From Octopus vulgaris (Eukaryota): a stretch of 64,000 nt of DNA. Every line of letters begins with the position of its first letter. The stretch's first letter is position 1. The stretch covers positions 16,740,001 to 16,804,000 of the forward strand of contig OX597824.1 in NCBI GenBank assembly GCA_951406725.2, written 5' to 3'. Position numbers and translations under genes: made by a program. The notes beneath the pieces are model-generated. The model did no database searches, was not told the DNA's origin, and saw only the letters and a program-made list of their open reading frames with translations. Positions 28,322 to 42,123 of this stretch are shown here, one piece after another.

Positions 28322-28358
<37 letters not shown>

Positions 28359-28572
28359 CACACGGACGCCCCCATACATACATTCATGCACACAGATGGT
28401 GCAATAACTCTTATTAGATTTGTAGAAGTCGAATGATGTCAAAATGTAGGAAAGTAAAGAAAAGCAAAAAAAAAAAGAAAAGAAAAAAATGGGAAGCGAA
28501 AAAAAATAACATCAAAACGTATATAAAAACACTAACTGACGCGCCTCCCTTCCGTACCTTTACGCACAAAAA

Positions 28573-28627
<55 letters not shown>

Positions 28628-28929
28628 GTATAAATGTATATATAAATGTATAAAAACCCATATACATACATACATACATACATACATACAAACATATATA
28701 TATATATATATATATATAGTTGCATACGTATATACATGCACATGTATGTGGGAGCGTATTGTATATTTTTGTAGGTGTGGGTGTGTGAATCAGTGTAAAC
28801 ATCAAATAATACTAGAGGAAAATATAATATATATTCTAACGACCTAACAATAGCTAAGCCAATAACTAGTTATTTTTTCTCTTCCTCCTCCTCCTCCGCA
28901 TCATCATCATTCTCACCAATATTATTATA

Positions 28930-28977
<48 letters not shown>

Positions 28978-29382
28978 GTACTTTTCTTTGTTTACGTGTA
29001 TTTCTATTTATATGCATATATATATCTATATGTATATATATACATTTATTTGTATCAATATATATTTGTAGTTGCACATGTACATGTATATTTTTATATT
29101 TTTTATGTATATTATACATATATACGCACAAAGTTTGTTATATATTTAAGGGTGTGTTGTGTATGTGTGCACGCATGTGTATTAATGTTTCTCTGTTCTT
29201 TTTTTTAATTTAGGTACATTCTGTTTTTTGTTTTTTCTTAGATTTTTTCATTTATTTTCCAACGAATTGTTTTTTGTTTATCATGCAGAATAATACTGAA
29301 ATTTTCTCTGCGCCAACTCTTATTTGTAAGCGTACGTTTGCTTTAAAACATAGTCTAATTAAGGTATATTAGAACAATAAAA

Positions 29383-29448
<66 letters not shown>

Positions 29449-29459
29449 TTAATAATAGT

Positions 29460-29760
29460 AATATGACAGTTTGGCTTGCGAGATTAAGCAGTTGTGGTCG
29501 ATGAAAAATGTGGTAATAGTATTAATAATGATCGGTGCCCTGGGAACAGTGAATAAAAGTAATGAGAAGTAGATGGAAAAAATATGGGCTGTAATAAGTG
29601 TGGAGCACTTGCAGAAAATAGCACTGCTTGGAACAGCGAACAGCTCGAATACTCTGGATGGTGCTCAAAAACTAAGGGGTGTTACTTTAGTTCACTGGTA
29701 GTGAACAGCTGACACTGTTGTACATCTCCAGCGTTAGAAGCCGGTCAAAGGAAATAAATA
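29460..29760 (+). mobile_element. 5'-truncated R4/Dong-like RLE LINE 3' end within (AAT)n
   Basis: IMIGALGTV...LQKIALLGTA C-terminal motif; paralogous to 30125-30415; flanked by (AAT)n. Confidence 0.8.
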
Positions 29761-29795
29761 ATGATAATGATGATGATGATGATGATGATAATAAC

Positions 29796-29830
<35 letters not shown>

Positions 29831-29844
29831 TAATAATAATAATA

Positions 29845-30420
29845 ATAGTTACAATATAGCAAGTATTGTCCATTGGATACTTTGCAATAATTATGGAGTT
29901 GACAGAGCCGAAAAAGTGGTACGAACATGGGCACGAAAGCAACATCGAAAATGATAATGCAAAGACCCTATGGGATTTTATGATTCAATTCGACCATGAG
30001 ATAGAGAATAGGAAGCCAGGCATAGTGTTATCTGAGAAAGAAACAAAACTATACTGGATCATAAATATAGCATGCTCAGCTGACAACAAGGTATGCGATA
30101 AGAAAGAAAGAAAAGTCGATAGATATGACAGGTTAGCTTGGTAAGTTAAGCAGTTGTGGTCGATGAAAAAGGTGGTAATGGTACTCATAATTGTCAAGGC
30201 CCTAGGAACAGTGAATAAAAATAGTGAGAGGTAGATGGAATAAATAGGGGCTGCAATAAGGGTAGGGCACTTGCAGAAAACAGCACTGCTTGGAACCACT
30301 TGAATACTCCGCATGGTGCTCGAAAAATAAGGAGTGTTATCTTAGTTCACTAGTAGTGAACAACTGGCACCGTAGTACATCTCCAGCGATAGAAGCTGTG
30401 CAAAGACAATAAATAATAAT
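29845..30420 (+). pseudogene. R4/Dong-like non-LTR retrotransposon relic, restriction-like endonuclease domain
   Basis: NIASIVHWILC..YG / KWYEH...LWDFMIQFDHEIENRKPGIV...INIAC...KERKVDRYDRL is the RLE signature of R2/R4-class elements; frameshift and stops; inside (AAT)n. Confidence 0.88.
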
Positions 30421-30441
30421 AGTACTAATACTAATAATAAT

Positions 30442-30490
<49 letters not shown>

Positions 30491-30654
30491 TTAATAATAA
30501 TAATAATAATAATAATAATGATAATAATAATAATAATAATAATAACAATAATAAAATTAATAATAATAACAACAACAACAACAACAATAATAATAATAAT
30601 AATAATAATAATGATAATAATAATAATAACAACAACAACAATAATAATAATAAA

Positions 30655-30960
30655 TTGATAGGTATGATAATTGAGATCGCCAAAATGAGGCAGCAGCGAC
30701 AGTCAAACATAAAGGTTGTCCCTATTGTCATCGGATCATTGGGTTCAATAACACCCAACCTATGAGGGGCTGTGCCAGATGTTATAGTAAATATTCCAAA
30801 ATGAAGAGGGGAGACAAAGACTGAAGGATATTCCTCAGATGTTTGCAGAGCTGAAGCTGTAGAAGGGGCAGTAGAAAGATGAAACTGTTGCAGATTCCTG
30901 CTATTCGTCATCGAATAAGACTCCTTGTTTAGTTAAATACAACATGGAGGATAGAACTTA
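30655..30960 (+). mobile_element. Third, more diverged RLE LINE 3' fragment
   Basis: IEIAKMRQQRQSNIKVVPIVIGSLGSI motif directly after an (AAT)n tract. Confidence 0.65.
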
Positions 30961-31579
30961 ACAAGAGCGTTATGGTCGATAAAGAGCGTTGTAAACGATA
31001 AAGAAACATATAAGAGACTAGTAGACATGTGCGGAAATAAAATTGACCCACCCCACCAGAGTATTGGTGGAGTCTGATGAACTGCCACCAGTAGTTGAAC
31101 TCAAAGACCTGGAGCCTTATATGAGGCATTAAAAAAGGAAAAAAAAAATAAAAAGACGAGTAAGTAAAATTACTTTGATAAAAGAAAAACTAAAAAGAAA
31201 GGAAAAGTGCTTCGAAGGAAAAAGAGGTAAAAAAAAATGATAATTAAGAAAAAAAATAAACAACAGACAATAATAGCACGATTGTAATATAGTGTGTACA
31301 GACGTTCGAATTGTACTGCATGAGGAGTGGGGCCCATGCAGCCATTTCACTTTCCATTTTTATGTAATATTCATCCTCATTCGTTTTATGTTTATTGTTC
31401 CCACTGTGGTGTTGTGTCTGTCCTTGATATGTCCACTCTTTGTTCAGGCTACATGCCTATAATAGGGATTTTAAGAGCGTTATGGTAACTAGAAAAAGAC
31501 AGATGATTGCTGATTTAGAATAAGAATGTTAGATACGTGGAATGGACTTGCTGTGAATAGAATCAATAAAGAAAAATTG

Positions 31580-31910
31580 CCTAGGTAGGCAAACTCCATT
31601 AAAGGTTGTTTGTTCCTTCTCAAGCCCTGTCTGGCTCATAAAGGCCGGCTTCCCGGTTTCCTTGGCATATAGGTTCCCCAACCTGGATGGGAGGCCGGTC
31701 CGTCGCAGGTGAGCTGCAAGATGCAAGAGGAAAGTGTGAGAGAAAGTTGTGGCGAAAGAGTCAGCAGAAATTTCGCCATTACCTTCTGCCGGAGTCGCGT
31801 GGAGCGTAGGTGTTTCGCTTATAAACACACACATCGTCCGGTCTGAGATTCGAACCCGCGATCTCTCGACCGCAAGTCAGCTGCTCTAACCACTAAGCCA
31901 TGCGCCTCCC
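31580..31910 (-). mobile_element. SINE with family A-type head/body and a different 3' tail
   Basis: 31735-31910 aligns with the family A 5' part; 31580-31730 is unrelated to the family A tail. Confidence 0.75.
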
Positions 31911-32489
31911 CCCCCATTAAACGTAGTGGGTACTTATCAGAACGATATATATTTAAGAAATTAGCGAAGACGTGTTCTGTAAATATGAAGTAGCTGAGCT
32001 AATACAGAATTCTATTGAGTTTAGAAAGTCAAGAGAAATCAGTTGAAACTAAGTTGACGAAGGAACTAAACGAATTAGTACTGATGTGCTACTGTTTATA
32101 TGAATCAAGTAGGATAAAACATAAGCAGCTACACTCATCTCTCTATATATAAAATGCTTTGTCTATTCCATATGCATTCTCATACGGCTCCATCAAATAA
32201 AATCAAATTTTACAAGGTAATAGTATTACAACCTGCGAGGGTCAACATGTAATTTTTATTTTCATTTGGATTGAAACATTTTCATTTTCTCGAAGACAAT
32301 CTTTCTATAATAAACTATATTAAAGAACATGACTACGACGACGACGTTACATTTTGTATATGAGTGTGTATGCGTCTCTGAGTGGGTGTGTTTGTTTGCA
32401 CGTTCTTTAAGTACGAGATAGTAAAGGACATTTTATACCACCACGACGACGACGAAGACTAATATTTATGTAGATATTTGTAAATCCAA

Positions 32490-32600
32490 ATACAGTAATC
32501 CCTCTACTGTCACAGGTATTCCATTCCAAAGCCCACCGCGATAGGTGAAAATCTGCGAAGTAGAAACAGTACTGCACGGTATATTTTTTTTACAGTACTT
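32490..32600. mobile_element. Tigger-like MITE fragment
   Basis: TACAGTAATCCCT terminus and CCGCGATAGGTGAAAATC motif shared (inverted) with 47280-47489. Confidence 0.6.
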
Positions 32601-32985
32601 TTATAATTTGTATATATTCATTTTATAATAAATACAAAACAACACCAAGGAGGAGCACACGTGAGCTTCAATAGTAAACCGCGATGGGGCGATGGATTTC
32701 TCTACACGCATATTTACCCATTTCAGTTTATGGGTGTGTGTGTGCACGCATATGTGTGTGTGTGTGTGTGCGCGTGAGTGCGTGTGTTTGTGTGTGTGTC
32801 TGTCTGTGTGTGTATGCATAAATGATAATGCTGATAGTCACCAACCAAAGTACACTTTGCAAACGAATATATATAGATATATGTGTATATATATATATAT
32901 ACATACATATATATATATATACGCATATACAGATATATATATATTTATATATATATATATGCATTATATATATATATATACACAC

Positions 32986-33056
<71 letters not shown>

Positions 33057-33093
33057 CATATATATATACATATACATATATCTATATATATAC

Positions 33094-33139
<46 letters not shown>

Positions 33140-33168
33140 TAAGAAGATGGAGGCAGTAAAAATTGTGG

Positions 33169-33218
33169 ATAATCTCTTAGCACTTTCATTCGTTCAGTCA
33201 CCCTCTTCAAGATATTAT
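33169..33218 (-). ncRNA. Degenerate minimal hammerhead-like motif in a short island between (TA)n tracts
   Basis: Minus strand ATAATATC-TTGAAGA-...-GAAA-GTGC-TA-AGAGATTAT; stem I plausible, stem II not convincing. Confidence 0.35.
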
Positions 33219-33221
33219 GTG

Positions 33222-33304
<83 letters not shown>

Positions 33305-33346
33305 GATACATACTCATATATATTTAAATCCGAATATATTATATAA

Positions 33347-33377
<31 letters not shown>

Positions 33378-34007
33378 AGTGCGCACACTCATATATATAA
33401 TCATAATATAATTAATTATGTATCTGCGCGTGTGCAATATATTTTCTAAATCTCTTGTTCTATCTGGTTTATTTATTATATTTTAGTTCTTTGTACTTAT
33501 TCGGCCTGTAAAATGAAATCGTAAAAATGTTTGAGAGTCAGCAGCTTATTTCGATAGCAGTACGCTGATAAGTATTAATCCTTTACGTATTTTCAATATT
33601 CAAGATATCTATACCATGAAAGATTAACATAATATATTTCATTTTTCAAATCTAAGTGATTTGTAGTGAATAGGTGTTATATATGTGACGTGAAATCACA
33701 ATGTAGTTTTGATCCTCGTTCAAAACAGATTTACATACGTTTATGCCTTTGAAGGTAAATAGTAATTATATATGCTACATGGTCTGTACATTAGTACTGC
33801 TCATCTCTTGTAAGTCCACCAAATATATATTCGTTTGACCTCCCATCGAAGATCTATGTCATTTACTCTCAATTCTAATTAAACATTTTCGCAAAATTTC
33901 CCTTTACAAAATTCTCACCTTACTCGAAAATTTCATAAAGACTTTTACCGATAGCCGACCAGGAACAGGTGCGGCTTTTTATATCTCACCAAAGTAAAAA
34001 GGGTTGA

Positions 34008-34092
34008 GGAGGCGCAATGGCCCAGTGGTTAGGACAGCAGACTCGCGGTTGGAGGATCGCAATTTCGATTCCCAGACCGGGCGTTATGTGTG
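34008..34092 (+). mobile_element. SINE family A, tRNA-like head only
   Basis: GGAGGCGCAATGGCCCAGTGGTTAGG...TTCGATTCCCAGACCGGGCG. Confidence 0.8.
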
Positions 34093-34373
34093 TCAAGACC
34101 GGCTTGAAAAGGGCGAAAGAAGTAGAAACTAAAAAGGCTACTGAGATAGAAATGCAACTCGGAATGTTGGGGTTAGTAGCCTGCGCTCTAAACCACTATG
34201 CCATATGCCTGTGGACATATGGCGTAGTGGGCAAAAATAATTAAGTAAATGTGCATTTATCGACGCCTTCAATAGTCCCATTGACCTCCAGAGGTCGATA
34301 TCGGACACTTTCGAGACTCCTGCTTTAGGATGTAGAAAGAGCAGATGAACGGTGAAATTAGTGAATATTTTCA

Positions 34374-34521
34374 TTGTGGTAAGTAGCTTGCTTATGAACC
34401 ACATGGTTCCGGGTTCAGTCCCACTAGGTAGCACGTTCGGCAAGTGTCTTCTACTATAGCCTCGGACCGAACAAAGCCTTGTGAGTTGAGTTGGTAGACG
34501 GAAACTGAAAGAAGCCCGTCG

Positions 34522-34579
<58 letters not shown>

Positions 34580-34815
34580 TGTGTTGTGTGTGTATGTTTG
34601 TGTGTCTGTGTTTGCCCCCCCCCCCCCAACATCACTTGACAACCGATGCTGGTGTGTTTACGTCCCCGTAACTTAGCGGTTCGGCAAAAGAGACAGAACG
34701 AATAAGTAGTAGGCTTACAAAGAATAAGTCCTGTGGTCGATTTGCTCGACTAAAGGCGGAGCTCCACCAATGCCACAGTCAAATGACTGAAACAAGTAAA
34801 AGAGTAAAAGAGTAA
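34374..34815 (+). mobile_element. SINE family C, near full length
   Basis: All modules except the first about 15 nt. Confidence 0.9.
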
Positions 34816-35218
34816 AGGCTGAGATTAAAGTGGAAAAAACTTATGATATTGATGATTAGAAGGTTTTTCTGTAATTTGAGATTTGTATGGAAAAGCGTAA
34901 CTGAGGTGTGGATAAAATATCTAATCTGCCGGTTGATAGAGTTTTCTGTAATTTATTTCTATAAGAACACCTGAACATAGACGATTGGGCCAAATATTTA
35001 ATTTGTAGTGTGATGTAAAAATTCGGTTATAAACTTAAACTGTCACCAGGTTGAAAATCTGCCGGGTGCCTTTCTAGAATCCATTTTGTTTCAGGCCCCA
35101 TGTCTGGATTTAGGATAGCTTTTATTCCCCATAACAATGATAGATGCTTCAAAAATAATCACGAGCTCTGCACTACCTAATTTGCTTAGGAATTCAAAAC
35201 AGGTATTGTAGAGATAGA

Positions 35219-36540
35219 AGGCGGCGAGCTGGCAGAATCGTTAGCACGCCGGGTGAAATGCTTAGCAGTATTTCGTCTGCCGCTACGTTCTGAGTTCAAA
35301 TTCCGACGAGGTCGACTTTACCTTTCATCCTTTCGAGGCCGATTAAATAAGTACCAGTTACGCTCTGGGGTCGATATAATCGACTTAATCCGTTTGTCTG
35401 TCCTTGTTTGTCCTCTCTGTGTTTTAGCCCCTTGTGGGTAGTAAAGAAATAAGAATCGTTAGCACGCCGGGCGAAATGCTTAGCAGTTTTTCGTCTGCCG
35501 CTAAGTTCTGAGTTCAAATTCCGCCGAGGTCGACTTTACCTTTCATCCTTTCGAGGCCGATTAAATAAGTACCAGTTACGCTCTGGGGTCGATATAATCG
35601 ACTTAATCCGTTTGTCTGTCCTTGTTTGTCCCCTCTATATTTAGCCCCTTGTGGGCAATAAAGAAATAAGAATCGTTAGCACGACGGGCGAAATGCTTAG
35701 CAGTTTTTCGTCTGCCGCTAAGTTCTGAGTTCAAATTCCGCCGAGGTCGACTTTACCTTTCATCCTTTCGAGGCCGATTAAATAAGTAACAATTACGCTC
35801 TGGGGGTCGATATAATCGACTTAATCCGTTTGTCTGTCCTTGTTTGTCCTCTCTGTGTTTTAGCCCCTTGTGGGTAGTAAAGAAATAAGAATCGTTAGCA
35901 CGACGGGAAAATGCTTAGCAGTATTTCGTCTGCCGCTAAGTTCTGAGTTCAAATTCCGCCGAGGTCGACTTTACCTTTCATCCTTTCGAGGCCGATTAAA
36001 TAAGTACCAGTTACGCTCTGGGGTCGATATAATCGACTTAATCCGTTTGTCTGTCCTTGTTTGTCCCCTCTATATTTAGCCCCTTGTGGGCAATAAAGAA
36101 ATAAGAATCGTTAGCACGACGGGCGAAATGCTTAGCAGTTTTTCGTCTGCCGCTAAGTTCTGAGTTCAAATTCCGCCGAGGTCGACTTTACCTTTCATCC
36201 TTTCGAGGCCGATTAAATAAGTACCAGTTAACGCTCTGGGGTCGATATAATCGACTTAATCCGTTTGTCTGTCCTTGTTTGTCCCCTCTATATTTAGCCC
36301 CTTGTGGGCAATAAAGAAATAAGAATCGTTAGCACGACGGGCGAAATGCTTAGCAGTTTTTCGTCTGCCGCTAAGTTCTGAGTTCAAATTCCGCCGAGGT
36401 CGACTTTACCTTTCATCCTTTCGAGGCCGATTAAATAAGTACCAGTTAACGCTCTGGGGTCGATATAATCGACTTAATCCGTTTGTCTGTCCTTGTTTGT
36501 CCTCTCTGTGTTTTAGCCCCTTGTGGGTAGTAAAGAAATA
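35219..36540 (+). repeat. Six-unit tandem array of family B SINE (period about 217 bp) within one TSD
   Basis: AATCGTTAGCACG at about 35236, 35454, 35671, 35890, 36106, 36324; flanks GGTATTGTAGAGATA / GGTATTATAGAGATA. Confidence 0.95.
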
Positions 36541-37317
36541 GGTATTATAGAGATAATCTGAAAAGATTACTATGCGTTCGAATCAGATAAAGGAAAATAT
36601 GCAATTATAATAGCTAAATGGAGAACAGGTAAATAGAACTGAAGCATATACATATCGCAGTTAAGAATGTAATAATTACTATCATTTGTATTTGACGTGG
36701 GAGCAACTATATTTTTGCGATAAAAAGGTGTAGTTGTCCGATTCAATATCAGTGTTTTAGGCGTAGGCAGAAGAATTAAGTGAATATTCATAGTAAAAGG
36801 TAATTGATTTCAGAAAGCACAAAAGTCAAGCTTCCTCAGTTTTTGCGATAACTCATCATAAATAATGAAGGAAAAAGGAAATTCCTATTTATACAAATAA
36901 AAGGCGGATAATGAAAAATAAAGCAAAAACGAAACGGTACCTTCGTATAATAACACCTCCATAACAAGAACCGTTGCTGTACATGAAGCTTCAGGATTTT
37001 CGAAAATAGCTTCTTTAAGACAAGCCAGCAGATCCTGAAATATGGCGCATTCGTTTCGCCATTTGATTTGCATATTCATTCGTTTTCTTTCAAATATGCT
37101 CTTTAAGTGTCTTTACATAAAAATTCAACGTTTTTTTTGGATACCACAGGCATATTTTATTCAAAACCTGTCCATCTTTAACTACATTACAGACCCAAAC
37201 AATTTTCAATTTCTAATACAATTGCTCGAAATAAATACATTAAAATAAAATTAATCCCAACATCTAACTCGCTTTTACTGACAGATTTCATGTTTGAAAT
37301 ATAGGTTGAAGTGTATA

Positions 37318-37647
37318 GGAGCATTCCGTCGGTTGCGACGACGAGGGTCCCAGCTGATACGATCAACGGAACAGCTTGCTCGTGAAATTAACGTGTAAGT
37401 TGGCTGAATACACCACAAACACGTGTACCCTTAATGTAGTTCTCGGGAGAGATTCAGCGTGACATAGTGTGTGACAAGGCTGGCCCTTTGAAATACAGGC
37501 ACTACTCATTTTTGCCAGCTGTGTGGACTGGAGCAACGTGAAAATAAAGTTTCTTGCTCAAGGACACAACGCGCCGCCGGGAATTGAACTCACGACCTTA
37601 CGATAATGAGCCGAATGTCCCTAACCACTAAGCCATGCGCCTTCACG
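37318..37647 (-). mobile_element. SINE with family A 3' tail but different central domain
   Basis: 37318-37500 matches the family A tail; minus-strand GTTGTGTCCTTGAGCAAG central segment; tRNA-like head at about 37575-37647. Confidence 0.8.
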
Positions 37648-38846
37648 TTGAAGTATATAAGACTGCTGCTTTATATCATATTCCTAGCAACAATCACTTG
37701 CAGGGGTACCACAGCTTAGCAGTGATTATAAACATTTTGAATGAAGATTCTCTAATAGAGCTCATTGCGGAAGGTTGGATATACAATGTATCCATGGAAT
37801 TCGTATGTTTGATAAAATTATATTTTAAATACATAGTAAGAATCCGCCTTTCCTCAGTGAATTGGGTATCATTATTCCTGCGTTGTTGGCACTGAAGCTT
37901 CAAGAATGAGAACTTTCATCGGTAGTAGTTTCTAGTTATTGTATTCTTGTAGATTGACAGAGGTCTCAAGCTTATACGCTGTTATCCTACTGCCGATTTG
38001 AATCATGCGAAAGATGAACAATTCTATGGACGACAAAATACCTGCAGATGGTGAAATACAGAAATAAAACGTAATAAAATGGAATGACAGATTTTTGGTC
38101 GATGTTAACGATATCTAGATGCGACAATGAAATGGAGGATTTTCCTTAAAAAAACTATCTCATTATAGTTGTGTCTTCGCATACCTTCAGCATAGTGGGC
38201 CCCATGACAATATTTTAATTAATCCCTAGCGTATGAAACTCCCCCAACATCAGGGAGTAGCCATTAGTAGACAAACTATCATGGTTAAAATGTAAAATGC
38301 TGAAATAAAAAAACAAAGTAAAAAATGGAAAAAGCAAATTTATGTTTTTCTCACAATAAGCGAGAAGAATTAAGTGAATGGTTCTCTTCTGAGAGAAGTG
38401 CCAAGAATTTGTAGGAAAAGTCTTTTTGACCAATTTACTTTCAGACACAGGAATACAAATTGAAAATTACTCTGAATCGCGTTTCACAGATACATACCTA
38501 TATGCCACACACACAAACACATACCCACACACATATATATGCATACGCTCACGTATACACACACATATGTGTATTATACATGCATACAAAACATATACAT
38601 ATATTCATAGGCATACATAAATACATATATACGCACACATAACACGCACACGCAAAGTCACACACACACGCGCGCGCGCACAGACATATATGTATGTACG
38701 TATGTATACATATATATACACATATATATATATAAATATGTATCTATATATCTATCTATACATATATATATGTATCTATATGTGTATATATATATATATA
38801 CATACTATATATATATACTTATACATCGATATATACATACATATAT

Positions 38847-38879
<33 letters not shown>

Positions 38880-38891
38880 CTTATATATATG

Positions 38892-38941
<50 letters not shown>

Positions 38942-39425
38942 TACATTACACGCCACCGCACACATATGTACAAGTATCAGTATGGCAATGTTACAACGTA
39001 AGAAGCTGAATGAATGCGTGGATGGAAAAAAATACATATAAAACGTTTTCTAAAAGGTAAAATTAGAAAAAAAAAATGATGGTATGTCTGAAGTTACTGA
39101 CAAAAGAGGAATTCTTTAGTTATTTTAGTTCTGATATCTGAATACAAAAGAAGCGGACAGCGGACGCTGGTGGATTCGCAAGAGGGGGGGAAAAAGTAAT
39201 TTTTATCAATAATACGGATGCTCCCTCGTACGTACCCACTCAGTGCTGTACACACTTTCAGACAAATATAAAGTTATTTGGCCGTCAGGTTTAAATGTCT
39301 ATCTTTCTATCTGTTTCTGTATCTATCAATTGATCAATCGATCTACGTTTACCTCTCTCTCTCTGCATAACTGTATATCTGTCTACCTGTATATCTAACA
39401 TTCTATTCATCTATATGTATGTTAA

Positions 39426-40194
39426 CTATTTCTTTACTACCTACAAGTGGCTAAACACAGAGAGAACAAACAAGGACAGACTAACGGATTAAGTCGATTA
39501 CATCGACCCCAGTGTGTAAGTGGTACTTAATTTATCGACCCCAGTGAGTAACTGGTATTTAGTTTATCGACCCCGAAAAGATGAAAGGCAAAGTCGACCT
39601 CGGCGAAATTTGAACTCAGAACGTAACGACAGATGAAATACGGCTACGCATTTTGCCCGGCGTGCTAACTCTTCTGCCAGCTCGCCGCCTTCTATTCATC
39701 TATATGTATGTTACTATAAAGGCGGCGAGCTGGCAGAAACGTTAGCACGCCGGGCGAAATGCGTAGCCGTATTTCGTCTGTCGTTACATTCTGAGTTCAA
39801 ATTCCGCCGAGGTCGACTTTGCCTTCATCCTTTCGGGGTCGATAAATTAAGTACCAGTTTCGCACTGGGGTCGATGTAATTGACTTAATCCCTTTGTCTG
39901 TCTTTGTTTGTCCCCCTCTATGTTTAGCCCCTTGTGGGTAGTAAAGAAATATATATGTATGTTACTATAAAGGCGGCGAGTTGGCAGAAACGTTAGCACG
40001 CCGGGCGAAATGCGTAGCCGTATTTCATCTGTCGTTACGTTCTGAGTTCAAATTTCGCCGAGGTCGACTTTGCCTTTCGGGGTTGATAAATTAAGTACCA
40101 GTTACGCACTGGGGTCGATGTAATCGACTTAATCCCTTTGTCTGTCCTTGTTTGTCCCCTCTATGTTTAGCCCCTTGTGGGCAATAAAGAAATA
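39426..40194. mobile_element. Three family B SINEs at one site: one minus (39426-39690), two plus (39719-39951, 39970-40194)
   Basis: Full heads AGGCGGCGAG; target sequence ATATGTATGTTA found four times, around and between the copies. Confidence 0.92.
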
Positions 40195-40535
40195 ATATGT
40201 ATGTTACTATTTATGTTTGTTTTTACTTACATCTGTAACGAACGCATTAATTGAATGAAGAACTCAATACCTGTGTTCGATTTAAATATTTATTTTTAAA
40301 TAACTATTCACAAAAAAAGAAACCACCTTGCAAATACTTGACTGATAATAGAAATTTATCTCTTTTTCCTATAATAAGTTCATTGTAAGATTAAAATTCT
40401 GAAAATCTTACGATATTTTCAAATATATAATAATCTCCTTGAATATATATAAACCCTTAATTTATTCAGAATTTTAGTTGACTTTTATATCTTCTACTTA
40501 CTTTTTCTGATATTACATTAATTTCTTCTCAATGT

Positions 40536-40680
40536 GCTTTTCTACCCTAGGCACAAGACCCGAAATTTTGAGGGAGGGGGGGCAGTCGATTAAATCGGCC
40601 ACAGTACGCAAATGGTACTTAAGTTATCGTACCCAAAAGGATGAAAGGCAAAGACGATCTTGGCGGAATTTGAACTCAAG
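40536..40680 (-). mobile_element. Family B SINE fragment (alternative tail)
   Basis: Matches units of the 25980-26865 array. Confidence 0.8.
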
Positions 40681-41196
40681 CAGCACAACACTAAGCAAAT
40701 GAACTAGAATAATTCAGGACTCTATCCTAAAATGGCTTCACATATCGGTGTTAAAGTCGATGATGATTTAATGCTACCATCCATGTAGGTCACGGTGGGA
40801 TTTAAACGCAGAACGCATACAATCGGGATGAATACACATCCAGTGACACGTTGTTGCAATTCCGCTTCTGAGGAAGTAATGAGAAGAACGATCTCGTAGA
40901 TTTGAACACCCAGTACAGCGTGCTGGAGCTAATTCTGCGAGGAAGTCTATTCGCGGCCCCACACACGTCAATATACTGCATATATAACTGTAATAATTAT
41001 AATATTATCTTAATCCGTTTTCTCATCTCGTATAATCTTTACTTATCTTACTTCACATGATTTCATTACTCTAAAATATACTTGTAACCCTTATCATTTG
41101 ATATACATTTCTATACTATATTTGATTAGGGAATATTATTTCATTTTTCTAATACTCAGTAATAATTTCTTAAGAACGAATTTCCATGTACCCCAC

Positions 41197-41230
<34 letters not shown>

Positions 41231-41422
41231 AATATTTCAATCTAATTTATAATAGCCAATGATATTCTAAGATATTACACGTTGGAGATCTCAACTTCAA
41301 GTCGTACGTCTTCACTGACAGTAATACGTATAATTCAGCCTAATATGATTATATCCCTGGTACGTTTAATACATTTGATCTTATAACTATCTTACGTATA
41401 TAAGTATCATATATATTGGACA

Positions 41423-41473
<51 letters not shown>

Positions 41474-41652
41474 TCACATGTCCATTGTGTGTGATTTTTA
41501 TGTGTACGCAGTAAGAAGCTGATGAGACATGATGAAAATGTATATGATAATCCAATCAAAATATAAAATGTATTTAGACAATATTTTCTGTTGAGTCTCC
41601 ACGACAGTAAGAACTATGATTCTGTTCTTCAATTGGTTTACACATGTATATG

Positions 41653-41716
<64 letters not shown>

Positions 41717-41919
41717 ATGCTGAATTCGAATTCAACACGTGATTGTAGATTCTTTGAGTGGTGAGACGATTTAGCGTCTATTTCTCAGCATATAGGCTGG
41801 AAAATTTCTTTCTCAGCCCTTATTAGAATTAGACATATAATTTCACCTTAATCCGTTTCCTTTCATATGCTGGCCACTGTTAAAATTTTTTGTAAAGCTT
41901 TATCTTCTGTTATTGTAAT

Positions 41920-41990
<71 letters not shown>

Positions 41991-42074
41991 TCATATATAT
42001 ATACACACATATATATATATATAGATACATACATACATACATAACACACACACATATATATATATATGTATGTA

Positions 42075-42118
<44 letters not shown>

Positions 42119-42123
<5 letters not shown>

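Noticed and set aside
31069-31110. CTGATGA followed by a 5-bp stem
   Set aside because: Followed by TGAAC, not GAAA; no stem III or cleavage site.
34008-34082. tRNA-like sequence (also at 6807 and 17190)
   Set aside because: SINE heads continuing into SINE body; no proper acceptor stem.
35219-36540. Regular array resembling CRISPR
   Set aside because: Whole units repeat with no unique spacers, no cas genes, eukaryotic context.
41519-41545. CTGATGA...GAAA
   Set aside because: No stem II or stem I pairing.
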